Assembly (NCBI RefSeq): GCF_022539665.2
Contig: NC_081333.1
Span: 3,720,001 to 3,784,000, forward strand
From: Daphnia carinata
Taxonomy: Eukaryota
DNA length: 64,000 bases
Direction of reading: 5' to 3'
In this document: one piece after another, positions 1 through 13,323 of the stretch
Numbering within the stretch: the stretch's first letter is position 1
Layout of the letters: each line of letters opens with the position of its first letter
Position numbers and translations under genes: made by a program
Notes under the pieces: generated by a model
Seen by the model: the letters and a program-made list of their open reading frames with translations, nothing else
Databases searched by the model: none
What the model was told of the DNA's origin: nothing

Positions 1-2000
1 TGGCCACCCTTTTAGGTATAAATGAAGTGAGAAATTAAGTTAGATATTGCAAGCTAAATTTTCACAATTTTTTAAACAGCTCAAGGAATGGAGATGAACA
101 AAATCAAAACTGCCCTTCATCAGGTGAGTGGAAGGCCATCATAATTTTTAAAAGCGTACAGTAGAAAGACAAGCGGGGAGCATAACGTGGCGTACAAGCC
201 AAGAAGCATGCAATTTATTCCGAACTATTTCTGAATTGGCTTCTCATTTGTAGCTGAGGAATGCTGTGAAAGACTGTCAATTGAATGACTCTAGCGATGA
301 ATTCCTTCTTAAATGGCTAAAAGGTATAATAATTTTGGTTATTAAAACAAGTTCTGTTTTGATGTCTCATTTGCAATGAAACAGCACATGATTTCGATGT
401 AGCTCGAGCCACCAAAATGCTCAGACAGGTGATTTTTTTTATAAGGTCTCTTTAATGATCATATATTTACATTTTCATCTTGTAAATCTAAAGACATTAG
501 AATGGCGGCGAGTAAACGGAGTGGATAAACTCTTAGATACGTTCAAAATTAGCGATGTGATGAAAAAATATTTTTCCGTCGGACGAGTTGGAGTTGACAA
601 ATACGGGTGCCCACGTCAGTATAAAAGAAACACATTTACATGTACAGTAGATTAATCTATCTCATTTTCTTTTATCCCCCAATTTATACACATTTCCATC
701 ACACCTTCAGTTTACGTTTCTGCAATGGGAAGAATGGACATGAAAGGCATTCCGGACAATGTATAATTGAGCTTTCGTTAAACTGACATTTCAAAATTAA
801 TTTTCAGGAATTCTGTTATCTACAAAGAAAAACGAATTATCAGAAATGTTGATTTATAGAGAAGAGAAGTATATTAAGGCGGCTAGAGAGGAACGTGAAC
901 GAACAGGTAGGCCGATCGCGACGCATACGATCATCTTCGACTTCGATCATCTATCGATGAAACAGCTAACGTGCAAGCCAGGTACAATTCTATGCCAATT
1001 CAAACAGAAATCTGTAAAAAAACAAAACCCAATGTATCATTTCATTTACAGTTGCCTTTGAGTTAATGGCTTTCACCAGATTACAGTTGGCCCACTACCC
1101 TTTAAATCTTCGTCGGGCGTTCATCATTAACGGTAGGCTCTGTTCACATTTGTTCCTACCGCAAACTGTCGCAACATAATCCTCGTGTTTTTTCTCGTTT
1201 GAAAGCCCCCAAGTTATCTTTTCAACTGTTGTTCGCTATGTTGAATCCGTTCCTACCCGAGACTGCCACCGCGTGTCTGAGAGTTTTTGGTAACGACAAA
1301 ACACAGTGGACATCCGCTTTGCTAGAGGAAATCGACGCCGATCAAATTCCTGCGTTTTACGGAGGCACAATGACCGATCCCGATGGTGATCCCAAATGCC
1401 CTAGCAAGGTAATACAAAAAGAAAAAGTATTCTTAAAGCGATGATTCTCCGATCTAATCAAAGCTTAGTTCAATATGGGAGGTGAGGTACCTCAATCCTA
1501 TTACCTTTGCAACAATGCTCCGGTCGCTAAAAAATATATGGAGACGCTGCACGTTATTGCAGGTGTTGGAGGACGGAAGAAACTGAAATATAAAATCGAG
1601 ATTGTCCCTTCCGTAATGAGGTAGCGTGAACATAGTGCATCATCTGTCAATATAAATAAGGCCTCGTGTTGTTGGGTTCTTAAAAAACAGATGGGAGTTT
1701 ATGACTGAAGGAGGAGACATTGAATTTCGAGTTTACAATAGCAATTTAAACGATGAGGAAGATTTGCTCCCGCCTAACAGGGTCGATAGCCATTTGGTGA
1801 TGGAAGAGGGTGAGCTAACGTGCCATCAACCAGGCAAATGTAAGTTATCTTTAAAACATGCGCGTTTGCATAATTGACATTCAATTTCTTTTGAATTCCG
1901 ATCAGATATTTTCGAGTTCAGCAACACGTTTAGCTATTTGAAAACGAAAAAAGTTTACTACCACATTACTGTCCATCCACAATCATCGGAAAATGTTTGA
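1..2000 (+). CDS. SEC14-like lipid-binding protein (CRAL-TRIO + GOLD), multi-exon; start codon probably cut by the window edge
   Basis: Spliced exons read DEFLLKWLKA-HDFDVARATKMLRQ-TLEWRR, IIFDFDHLS, HYPLNLRRAFIINAP, LLEEIDADQIPAFYGGTMTDPDGDPKCPSK, WEFMTEGGDIEFRV, RVDSHLVMEEG and YIFEFSNTFSY, ending at TGA 1998-2000. These are SEC14L2-type motifs. Confidence 0.9.
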
Positions 2001-2227
2001 ATGTATTTAAAAGAAAATTATTTAATAATGTTTGGGTTTGGCAAATTATTACGAAAACGGATACACATGCGGCAAATGATAAAGCAAAATTGGAAACGAA
2101 AAATACAATTATAATAGAATTCCCAAGTTTTGTTGAATGACGCAGTAACAGATTTTTGTTCTGTTCGGACAAGGCCAAGTGAGGCTGTATAACGAAACTT
2201 GAAAATGCATTTACATAGTGATCGCGT

Positions 2228-3723
2228 ATGCAGTTTTCTGTGAGAATGCGCCCCGAGCACAACGTCAAAACCAGCGTAACGATGATAACAAGATCAAAAA
2301 GAATCGCCTTTCTAATCTCATCCGGTATTTTATTTTCATTCATGATACTTCAAATTTTTCGTTCCAATTTCTCGTACGAGAATGACCCATCATTCGCCAG
2401 TTTCTTTCATGAGGAACATGCACACATTTATCAAACGATTCACAAAGATTTTGATAGACATACCGTAACAATCGATCGACATCTGCTTGAAGAAATGGCC
2501 TTTCATTTACGAGACGCCCCGTACGACGGTGTTGATAATTACACTCGGATCATGACCGCTCTTTTAGGTCTCAAAGAGCTAAAAGGTGTTGAACCATTGG
2601 TGCCTGGAATGAGCCGAGTTATCAACGATGTAAGTTCGTTTGAATACCCTATCGCTATCGCCCCTTGTCGAGGGAAGTTCAGCAATCATCGAAGCCTCTT
2701 CATAGCGGTTATTTCGGCTCCGAGGAATTTCGAAAGACGCGCCACTATCCGTCGAACGTGGCCTCTTCATTTGAAGAACCAAACGAATTCGAATAAACCT
2801 TTGGATGTTGTAGGATTCAGCTTCGTTGTTGGGCTCACCAAAGACGATGTAATCCAGCAAAAATTGATGGAAGAACACGAACGACATCGCGATATGCTGC
2901 AGGTAAACATGTACGATAAATACAGGAATTTATCGTTGAAGGTGACAGGTCTGCTGAATTGGGTGCATCGTTATTGCCCACAAGTGGATTTCGTCTTGAA
3001 AGTGGACGACGACGTCTACGTGAATGTGCATAATTTGGCCACCGTCCTTCACTCACATCCGCCTTCCGAGCGCAGTGTTTACGGACGCAAGTGCGGCGGA
3101 GGCACAGTCAGTGAAAGAACACCTCGCAACGACAGTAGATTATTTTAAAAAAGGCGTCATTGAAATCAATTTCCTATGTAACATTTACGATCGTCGTTCA
3201 GGCAAATGGGTTATTTTTTACGAAAATTGGCCATGGCGTGACATACCGCATTATTACCAAGGAGCTGGGATCGTAATGGCTGGCAGTGCTGTCCGTCCAT
3301 TGCTGGCGGCCATCCAGACAACCCCGTATTTCATTTGGGACGACATGTACCTGATCGGACTATGCGCCGTTAAAGCCAGGCTTCGTATCCGTACGTCACA
3401 AAGGTAAGTTCATAGCATTTCAGACGATATATTTTTGATTGATTGATTACATTCATTCAAGCATCTTTGTCGATTGGCCGGAGAACTACGCCGATCCGTG
3501 TTTGGTGCGCAACACTGTGACGTGGACATTGAAGTCTTCAGAACAAATGGATGCACCGCACTTTGTCACTCACAATTTGTATCGCAATTCGAACGTGTCG
3601 CGTTGCATCGCCCGCACTTTCGACTTGGGTCCAAACCAGACTTTGGTCAACCAATTAGAAAGTACCATTAATGAAACCGCCATCGCATTCGAGTTTCCTT
3701 TCGGTTTCATGGAGCAAAACTGA
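2228..3723 (+). CDS. GT31 beta-1,3-galactosyl/GlcNAc-transferase, type II membrane protein, 3 exons (~2228-3134, ~3202-3403, ~3462-3723)
   Basis: N-terminal TM segment; motifs ISAPRNFERRATIRRTW, DKYRNLSLK, FVLKVDDDVYVN, YYQGAG, DDMYLIGLCA. Confidence 0.9.
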
Positions 3724-4104
3724 CGGTTACATATTCAAGAGAACACACACCACATCTGTCAGTACGTACTGTAATGTCCCATGTAACCTATTAATTACAA
3801 ATTCCCTAAATATTTTCGTTTCGAAGGCTGACTGTTAGTTGACACAGGTTTTCACGTGATCATATTTTTTTCCTTGTACCTGTTTGATTAATCCAACACG
3901 TAAAAAACATGTATGTCAACGAAAAATGAATAGGTTGATCCCAGGCAGTTGAGCAACTATAATTAGTGACGTATCGCCAGACATTTTGGTATACTCAATA
4001 TCGATTGGGATGCGAGCATATTACGTGACGTGTTAATGTATGTTAACAGTTCGTAAGTTTCCCGTTGAGCTGAGACGTAGTGCGAGAGTGTCCGTGAATT
4101 CATA

Positions 4105-5652
4105 ATGGCAACGAAATTGAAACAGTTAATGCCTGTGTTGATAACGTCTTGTGGCTTACTAACAGTTTTAACGTACCACTCATTCAATCCGATATTTGCA
4201 AGCGATAAAAGCAGGACCATTGTTCTTCTTCATTCTTCTGCTTCGCAAGGAATGCGAATGGCTGATTCAATTGAGGAAAACTCGAATAAAAGTGCAATCA
4301 CTATCGACCGAAAATTGTTTGATTACCTTAAATCTCATTTGTCAGGGACAGCGTACGATGGTGTTGACAATTACATACGACTCATGACAGTTGGTTTAGG
4401 ACTCAAAGAGCTTACGAACGTCAAACCGCTTATGCCCAATATGGGGCCGGTTATAAACGACGTCACTTCGTTCGAGTATCCCATAACAGTCGCTACGTGC
4501 GGCCAGAAAATGAAAACTACTCGCAGTGTCTTTGTATCAATCATGTCATCCCCGAATCATTTTGAAAAACGTTCCACCATTCGTCAGACGTGGGCGAATC
4601 ACTTGAAAAATCAATCGAAGGTCAACAAACAGTTGGACGTCATGGGGTTTACGTTCGTCGTTGGACTTACAAAGGATAAAATCGTTCAGAAAAAGATGAT
4701 GGATGAAAGTGAACAGCATGGCGATATGTTGCAGGTGAACGTGTACGAAGAACAAGCAAATGTGTCCGTAAAAGCAGCTGGACTTTTGAATTGGGTGAAT
4801 ATGAATTGCCCTCAAACGGACTACCTGTTAAAAGTGGATGACGACGTCTACGTGAATGTCCATAATTTAGCGACGGTCCTCTACGCCTTTTCGCCGTTCG
4901 TTCGAAGCGTTTACGGCCGCCTGGCCGATGGAGCCATTCCAAAATGGAATAACTGTATGTTCCAGTATTTTGCTACAAACAATTAAACTCATTGGATTTC
5001 TCGATTGATTTTTTAGCTGAATGGCCGTGGACTCGCATGCCGACATATTTAGAGGGAGGAGGTGTCGTCATTGCAGGTAGTGCAGTTCGTTCGTTATTGG
5101 CAGCCATGCAAACGACCCCTTATTTCATCAAGGACGACATCTACCTCACTGGATTGTGTGCGGAAAAAGCTCGACTTCAAATGCGCACATCGCCACGGTA
5201 TTCATTTTTAGTCCATGAAATTAAATAGCAACGCTAAAAGAAATGTGTGGACCGTTTATGTAAATCTATCGGATGTGCTTAAGTATTTTTTTTTCTTTCC
5301 GTTTTTCAACTACAGGATATTCGCTGATCAATCTGAAATGTATCCGAACCCGTGTTTCGTGCGCGGCAACGTGATGTGGTCATCAAAGTCAGAAGATCAC
5401 GTGCTTACGTCGCACTTTGTCACTGAAAGTTTTTACCGGAACGCCACAAACGCGCGCTGCGTTCTTACAACTTACGTGCTCAATCCGAACGACACGTTGG
5501 GTGTGTTTGTTGACAGGACAATCAACACGCCCGCAGTAGTGTCAGAATTTCATTTCAAACCTGTGATTCATAAAAAGTGGGTCTCCATTTTCACGTCAAC
5601 CAAGCCAAGCGCACGCAAGACAATTGCCAACAAGATGTCACTCATATCTTAG
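4105..5652 (+). CDS. GT31 beta-1,3-glycosyltransferase paralog, 3 exons
   Basis: Motifs MSSPNHFEKRSTIRQTW, YLLKVDDDVYVN, YLEGGG, DDIYLTGLCA; same intron layout as the 2228-3723 gene. Confidence 0.88.
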
Positions 5653-6845
5653 TACAACTATCAAACATTTGCTGTTTATCAGGTATACGTACAAGAGAAA
5701 AATAATAACAATAAATTTTTAGTTTTGAAGAAGTGAAAACCCAAGCGTGCCACAACAATCATTTCCTCTTTATGTTTTCGACAATGGCCCAACTGCAAAA
5801 GCCGACGTTATATGATAACGATATGGACAGCCATTCGTTTCGAAGGCAGCGATGATTTTCGAGATGGGGCTGCAAGAGCTGTTGTTAACACACGGTAATA
5901 ATACGAATAGAAATGGGTGGCAATGAATGGCGTGCCTAACCGCTGCAGTGTTCTTTTCGATGGTGAAAGTTTTATGCGACGTCGGTGAGATATAATGAAG
6001 AATTTAGATGTCGAAATTTCACATACGGTTTCGCCATTACGCCGAATTCCCGCAAATCCGGATGGTTAAACAACACGAAATTTCAAGACGCGCCTGCGCT
6101 CGTACATCTAGGAAGATTCGAACTGGGCTCTATAATATATATTCAACATGACAGACCTTTTTAATGAGCTAGACAATACGAAAAAGGACATCATACTTTC
6201 ACTATTTATCATATCTGCTTTGTTCATCCATGTTCTGAAGAAGGTAATAGCCTATACCCATTTAATATAGACATTTGCATATAGGGTGTTGGTTATGGAC
6301 TTTCTCTTTTTTTTGTGCCTGTCCTTGCATCGATGAAGTACGTGTACGCTGACAGTTGGAACATCAAGTGAGCCGATACCGACAGGAACCAATCATATGT
6401 GTCAATTATCTACTGGCTCTTACGCGACACGGCGTTATGCCCTTTGATTCTATGTGTGTCACACACGTTTCACTTTCTTTTTTTTGTGCACACATATCCT
6501 ATCAATCATCAAGGCCTCCCAAGTCGATCTTACTGGACAATTGTTCGATGCTAGATGGGCGGCATTACTTTGGTGAGTTTCGCAAAATAAGAAAGTTCTT
6601 TCTGATGTGCTCGACAAGTTTCCAAGAAAATCAAGTCAGCATAATTTAATTAATAAAAAAAAACAATGTATTGTTTGTAGCTTTAATTTACATTGGTCGG
6701 TACACTTGTGAACAAGGAATGTTGTTGTCTGATTTAAAATTCTTCCAGAGTTAGAACGGCTTTTGTTGAATATCATTTGGCTGCTGCTGCGGGATACCAA
6801 AGTTTATAGTACAAATCTACCCATCGATGATGGAAGATGGACTCT

Positions 6846-8110
6846 TTAACGGCCGTAGCTTCCACCTGCAGCGCTTTGGCCAGCACCGTAGCTTGCGGGA
6901 GCGGCGGCAGCGTGACCTCCGCCATAACCTGAAGCTGCGGGAATGGCCGCGGAATGTCCACCGCCATATCCTCCGACTGCGGGAACGGGAGCAGCGTGAC
7001 TACCACCGTATCCTGCGGCAGAAGGAGCTGCAGCTGCGTGGCCACCTCCATATCCAGCAGCGGGAGCGGCTACCTGAGCACCACCGTATCCTCCAGCTGC
7101 GTGAGCTGGGGCCATGGGACTTGCACCATATCCTCCAGCTACAGGGGCAGGAGCTGGACGGCTACCTCCATATCCACCGGCTTGCTGACCGTATCCACCA
7201 GCTGCGGGAGCAGGAGCTGCGTGACCATATCCTCCAGCTGCGGGAGCGGAATGTGCTCCGCCATAACCTCCAGCGGATGGAGCAGCTCCGTAACCTCCGC
7301 TCATGGAATTAGCGTGACCGCCTCCATATCCACCAGACATAGGACGACCACCTTGAGATTTACCTCCTTTTCCTTTCGAGGGTCGAGCGGCTTGTGGAGC
7401 TCCGTAACTTCCAGGTAAAGTGGGGCGAGCGGATTGACCGCCGCCGTAACCTCCGCTCATCGGACGAGCTGCCTGGCCACCTCCATAACCACCCCCATAA
7501 CCACCCCCAACACCTGCGGTCGGTAATGTTTTATTGAATATTGGCTCTACGATTTAATTAGAAAACGATGTCATTACTTGAGCATGGTACCATACACATC
7601 ACTTGACCGTAAGGCTGAGCTGATTGAACGTAGGAACTCATTTGACTGCTACCACCTGAATTGATAAGAGAATGATTGATTCGTGTTCGCAACAAATTTA
7701 AATCTCAACAGAAAATGAATTTTTTATTTGTTTTAATCAGCGGGTGTTATTGTTGTTACCGTAGCCTCCGCCTCGGCCACCTCTGCCTCGTCCTGCATCG
7801 AACAACATTAAGGGTTAATTCTTAAGTTTGGCTATCTGTTAAGTGCTTGATTAATTGTGAATTAAAATGAGTGAAATGAAGGAACTTCGCTATAGGATGA
7901 TGCAAATGGTCTTGTGATGTATTAGAATTTAATGATTACATTCAATTGGACAACACATGCACCTACCTTTCTTAGAGGCATTCGCCATCGACACTAGAAC
8001 GACGACCACAACCGCCCACTACATGGAACAAGAAAAAAAAAAACATGTAAAACTCCGGTAAATATTGGCGCCGAGTTGAAACCCACCAACATCTTGGAAA
8101 CGAGGATCAT
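6846..8110 (-). CDS. Secreted Gly/Ala/Tyr-rich structural protein with GGYG repeats (cuticle/eggshell-like), ~5 exons
   Basis: Spliced signal peptide MILVSKMLWAVVVVVLVSMANA, short exons (RGRGGRGGGY; SSQMSSYVQSAQPYGQVMYVPC), then a long exon of AGGYGGGHAAAP-like repeats ending TAA at 6846-6848. Confidence 0.85.
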
Positions 8111-8155
8111 TTTTAAAAACTTGTTCAAGATAAAATCGTCGCACGTTTGCTTTGC

Positions 8156-8192
8156 AACTGAAGACTCGTTCATCCACCATCCTCTTTTTATA
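8156..8192 (-). promoter_or_regulatory. TATA box plus arthropod initiator for the Gly-rich gene
   Basis: Minus strand TATAAAA (8192-8186) about 30 nt upstream of TCAGTT (8161-8156), ~50 nt before the ATG. Confidence 0.7.
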
Positions 8193-11100
8193 GAAGCCCG
8201 AAAAAATAAAAATGTGCGTACGAAAATTTATTGTGTAGGAGGAGACTAACGAACAGTACCTTTCGTTGTTTCCACCCTCCCACTTTAAAAATTATTTTGC
8301 AGGAATACAAGAGAAAGAGAAGAAGAAAAACTCGGCTGTTTGGATAACGGAGAGAGAAAACAGCCAAGGAGACGCTTCGCCTCTTCACGGCCGCGTTTCG
8401 TGATCAACCTTCGCAAGCGCTCTCTCTCTTTCCACGTCTCTTCTCCATTCCAAGCGGTATGAAGCCTGTTGCATTATTCCCACGCGTGCCGCAGCAGCTC
8501 CTTATTGTCTTTAGCGTGTGGATGACAAAAGGTGTGCGCTAGAGACTGCCGTATCTTCTGGGGGGGGGGGGGGGGGGGATAACATAAGAACGATGCTGTT
8601 CAAATTACTGATGTTTGCATAGTCAATGGGTTTTTCTTATTGTATCGCGCAAAGAGAGTTATGAATATGTAAAAATGTGTTTTAGGGATAGAGAGACGGT
8701 GAATGGAAGGCTATTTAAAGTTCGAAAGTTCGCGAGGATAGCGTAATCACTAAGCCGTGACCTACTCACTGTATGCACGTTACCTGTCGCCTCGTCCCAT
8801 AGAATTATGTCACGAAAAAAAAAGGGACAGGCATTTTTTTAATTCGTAGAATTATTCTGTTTTTTTTTTTATATGCAAGAGGAAACCTGTTCATAATTGC
8901 GAGGTGACTCTACCCAGCAATAAGGATGTTGCCTAACCCTATCAACTGTGACATTAGCATACACTGGCTGTATAAAAATCGGCCGCCTAGCAGCGTGAGA
9001 TTTTCATCACGATCGCGCGAGATTTTCGAATTATTGCAATAGAAGTCTTGACAATATATGGCCATTGTAATTATCTCAAGCGATTAGATAAGCTACAAGA
9101 TACACACAAATTTCTTTACTCTCCCACGTTCTTCCAGTTTGAAAAAGGTAAGAATTTGGCCGGGTAAAGATAACATACCTAATAACAGCACAGCCACCAA
9201 TTATAGGCGTTTCGTCTCCCACCTTTTTTTTTCCTGTTGCTCTGATGTGTGGGTGAATCATGTACACGTTGTTACGTAAGACTTTCTCTTGTCAACTAGG
9301 GTTTACATTTTTTCTGAACGTACTTTCCCCTTTTTTTTTACAATTCAAAATGGCCCGTGTTAATTGCTCTGGGCTTTTGAAATCGTAGCGACCAACATTA
9401 AACCATTAAGAAAAATATCGATAAGGTAAATTTCCCCTTTTATACATATCTAGCCCAAAACATTATCCGCTATCGAGATTTTATCCAAGGATTCAAACAA
9501 TAGAACGTTACACAAACGCAGCAAGTGAGAACTTTCTCATGCTGCTGTGTATCAGTTTTGTTGAGCGATCGGCAAACTTACAGAGGATGAAAACCTCCTT
9601 TCCCTTTTGTCTGCATAGCAATCGATAGATGGATGCAATTATCAAGATGTTCAGCCTCCGCCTCTCCCACCCGAAAACAACAAGTTGTGTCTCCCTTACT
9701 AAGCGAAAGCAACGATGTATAAACGATGAAGATTTTCAGTCGTTTTTTGACTAAACGGCCCTCTACGTAGCGCAGATGTTGGTCATTAACACATACTACG
9801 GCAGGCTTTGACGCTTTAGCGATCTAACGAACCAGAAGAGACAAATTACATAGGGAGCTACAAGTTTCTTCCATTACATCTGGCCTTCGAGTCCAAGGAA
9901 TTTGTTGACAGCTTTCTTTTAATGAACCAGATCGTATGTATTATCGTTCTTGCCCTACCAAGGCTTATTCCACAATTCGAAAGCAAAACTGTTAGAACAT
10001 ACCTTTCTTTTATTCATAATGAACATATTGCAACTATGGCGATAGCGAAATACAAACTGCAGGGTATATACTTAAATTCAATGAGACCTGCCGTCTAATT
10101 CCTCGAAATGCAGTGCTTACATTCATTAACTCAAGACTGTGGTAAGCCTAGCCGAGGCCAAACATTATGGTTGTATGCTTGTAAGACGAGGAGCTGCTTG
10201 TATGTGGCTGAGGTACGGTCTGTGTTACGCAATAATAAGCGACTGAAACCTTGAATCTAACAGATGGTGAGTACCTGGCCTTATTGAGTTGTTACTGTGG
10301 AGCTATACCGTTAAAAATTTATTTCTTTAATTAAAAAAAAAATTTTCTTAACAAAAAATAAAACCTCAAGTTGAAATGCAAATCTCATCTCATTCAGGGT
10401 GTTCCATTCCCTATTGGATAAAACTCAAATATTTGTAAACAAATCAGTGTTGAGTCGATTTGAAAGCATGCGTCGTGTTTCATCACATCAAGAGGAAAAT
10501 CGGGCGGATAGAGCATAAAAACCGATACTATATGAGCGAATCAGAGCGAAGCATGGGATTTGAACGCACGTGCGTTCAATCGTTTCGGCACAGCTAAAAT
10601 TGCCAAGTGAAACTACCCCAAACATTAAATCAACTAAGAATCAGTTCGAAGTGAAAGAGTTATGCTTTGACAGTGTAGATATCTCGCCTCTTTTCTCGGA
10701 ATGTAACAATGGCTCTGGAATAAGCTGCGGGACCGCCATCATGGGCTAACCGAAACGTCACGACGGTCTTCCGTAGTTTCCCATAGAAAAAACCCAAAGG
10801 CACGTGAATTTCGTTTTCTCTACGGTTTCTTTCCTGTTGCTCAAATGCGGCTGACATATCATGTGAGATCACGAGATTGTCCTATTTATGGCTCGTGTGC
10901 TCCGAAAGGACAGGTAGGTCATCCTCAGAACTGAAGAAGACCTAAATCTCACGTGACGAACTGCGATGCGCGAGTGCCTCATTATACGCTAGAGGTTAAT
11001 GGCAGCTAAAGTTCTGTACGTTCCCTAGTTTTCCAAGAACTGGCGGTATAATTTGGTGGCGTTCGTTTGGGCATGATTTTCACATCTACACGATCACTTT

Positions 11101-12751
11101 CACTTTTGCTAGCACGCTAGGCGAATTAAAATTTGAAAGAAAAATAAACGCGTAACCGTGTACTGAATGTGCTGAAACCCAAACCTCATGATTATGGAAC
11201 ATACATCGTATGTTCCTGCAGCTTCTTCAGCTCACATAAATATTGTGGTTTTGTGTGGGTTCTGTAAAGCACAAGAAAGATCAATTGAAAATTCTAAACT
11301 AACTTTTTGCATTTCTTTTGTTGCCCAGCATGTCTCCCGCTGCGTTCACTTTTACCTCTGTAGATAACTATCGTCATCTTGGCTAATAGAAACTGACTGT
11401 TTAAGCCAGTTAGTTGGTTGATGGATAAGCTATAGGATGCACCTTTTAAACATCATGTACTTGATATTAGATTCAGACAAGTATTATCTGGATAAAAAAG
11501 GGGATAGTTTAACAAGCTAGCGATAGCGTAGAAAGGATGTCATTGAAAAATTCAATGTCTGATGGGCTTGCTATACGACTTCGAATGGCGATGAGCAAAT
11601 AGCCGTGACCCATTAGGATCAACTTCTACGGGGGTCTTCTATTTTGCATAGGTCTGCCATTCAAGGACGGTGTGATATCGGTAAACATCACTTTCACCGA
11701 CACTCCCGCAACATCGAAGGCGCCGCTTCGTCATCAGCAAACGCGGTCTTGATGTTTCCGTGCCCATTTAACCCAGCAGCAGGGCTGGCCTTGAAAAGGC
11801 GTGTTACACGGCATAGTAATGTTTTTTTTTGTCTTCTTCTTTTAGTGTGAATATAATTTTTGTGCAGTCTTTGTTTTAAAAAATATTGTTCGGGCTATGT
11901 GTAATGTCTTGGAAATCGATGAGACATTAGCTATTGGGTTTTCGTTTTCCCATGAAACGTTCGCATTAAGTATCTCTAACTAGAAATCCATTTTGAAGAC
12001 TGTGAAGACACGTTCAGTTCTTCAAAAGTCTTTTATACCTTGATAGCCCAAGTATCCGGTGGCCAATATGAACACTATGGCACTGGTGGAAAGCTGCCCA
12101 TGCTAGCCAGAGCGGCCTTTTTCTTACTAAGTCAAAGAATTGAAAATTGAAAACCAATCGGAATAATTGTGTTCACGTAAATTGCCGTTGGGGAGAAAAA
12201 ATCTGAACCAACTGAATCTGCCATCGCCTTCTAGTAGCTGACAGAAACGTCTATCAGTCCATCCACATTCGTAGTCTGTGAAGAAGCAATTCGTTCAATA
12301 TCGTTCAAAGATTTGTTCACGGATGGAACAACGTGAAGACATTGTCATCTTCAGTAACACTTGAAGATTTGTAACTTTTACTTCGGATCCTGAGAAATTA
12401 ATTCTTTTTTATTTTCTTTATTTTCATTTTCAACTGGCAATATGGTAGCTAGCTAACTGTACCGTAACTTGTACTTTAATGAAATGTGTTAACGGAACGT
12501 TTATGGAGCACAGACATATACAGACTGGAAACCTGTTAGCCCTGCTAGCCGCGCTACTGTACGCACGTAAGGAAAACAAAAACTTATTGGTTGAGAGGGT
12601 CCCATATCCCGATGATTAGCTGCCTGCATCCATGAACCTGGGGAGAAGTTATCAACAACCTCTTCTCTACCTCAGTTTTGCGGGTCGATCTTTAACGTGT
12701 AGTGGACTGTACTACAGATCGATGTGAAACGTCTGTATGTGTAGGTGTATG

Positions 12752-13058
12752 TTTTTTTTTAGTGTAGTGATCATTTTTAGCCCCTTTATAGTAGGCATGG
12801 CTCTTCTTTTTTCTTGAAGGCCCATGTCCCATATACCATATCCGTTGTTATTTGGTGTAGAAGATGTCCAAATGTTGCGTAATCCGATGAGAAGAAGAAT
12901 CTTATGTCTTCTCCGTTATGATGAATCTTGAATAATGACGTAAGGTGGGTGGGAGGAGCGCGTGGAGGGCTTGTAAATTGGAGGTGGCGGGATTTGAACC
13001 CGGGACCGACAGATTACAAAGCGAGGGTGATAACCATTGTGCCAGGACCGCACATCCC
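12752..13058 (-). mobile_element. tRNA-derived SINE-like element (~300 bp)
   Basis: Minus-strand head GGGATGT...TGGCACAATGG (A box)...GGTTCAAATCC (B box)...ACCTCCA over 13058-12979, unrelated body, A9 tail at 12760-12752. The cloverleaf is not intact and no TSD was found. Confidence 0.6.
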
Positions 13059-13323
13059 AAATTGGCAAAATTTTAGATTTCGCTTTAAATACATGGTTTC
13101 GATGCAGAATTGAACGGGCATCACGAACATGAGGGTTGTTTTCTCGTGGGACTCATAGTTTTTGAATAAAACGTAAAAGAAGGTAAAAGTTGCGTTAAAA
13201 AATAAGCCCGGGCTTATATTGTCGGGTTTACAATTTTTTTCTATTATTGTTCTCACTTGTGTGTATTTGCGCTATATTCAACTGGGGTAAGAGATTTATG
13301 TGTATATATTATTTTTGTTTCAG

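Noticed and set aside
11651..11752. Isolated exon-like segment (LPFKDGVISVNITFTDT...)
   Set aside because: Acceptor-like site present but no convincing upstream exons or recognisable family
12480..12750. Hairpin-rich segment as a hammerhead or other ribozyme
   Set aside because: Only short stems; no CTGANGA...GAAA core in the correct arrangement
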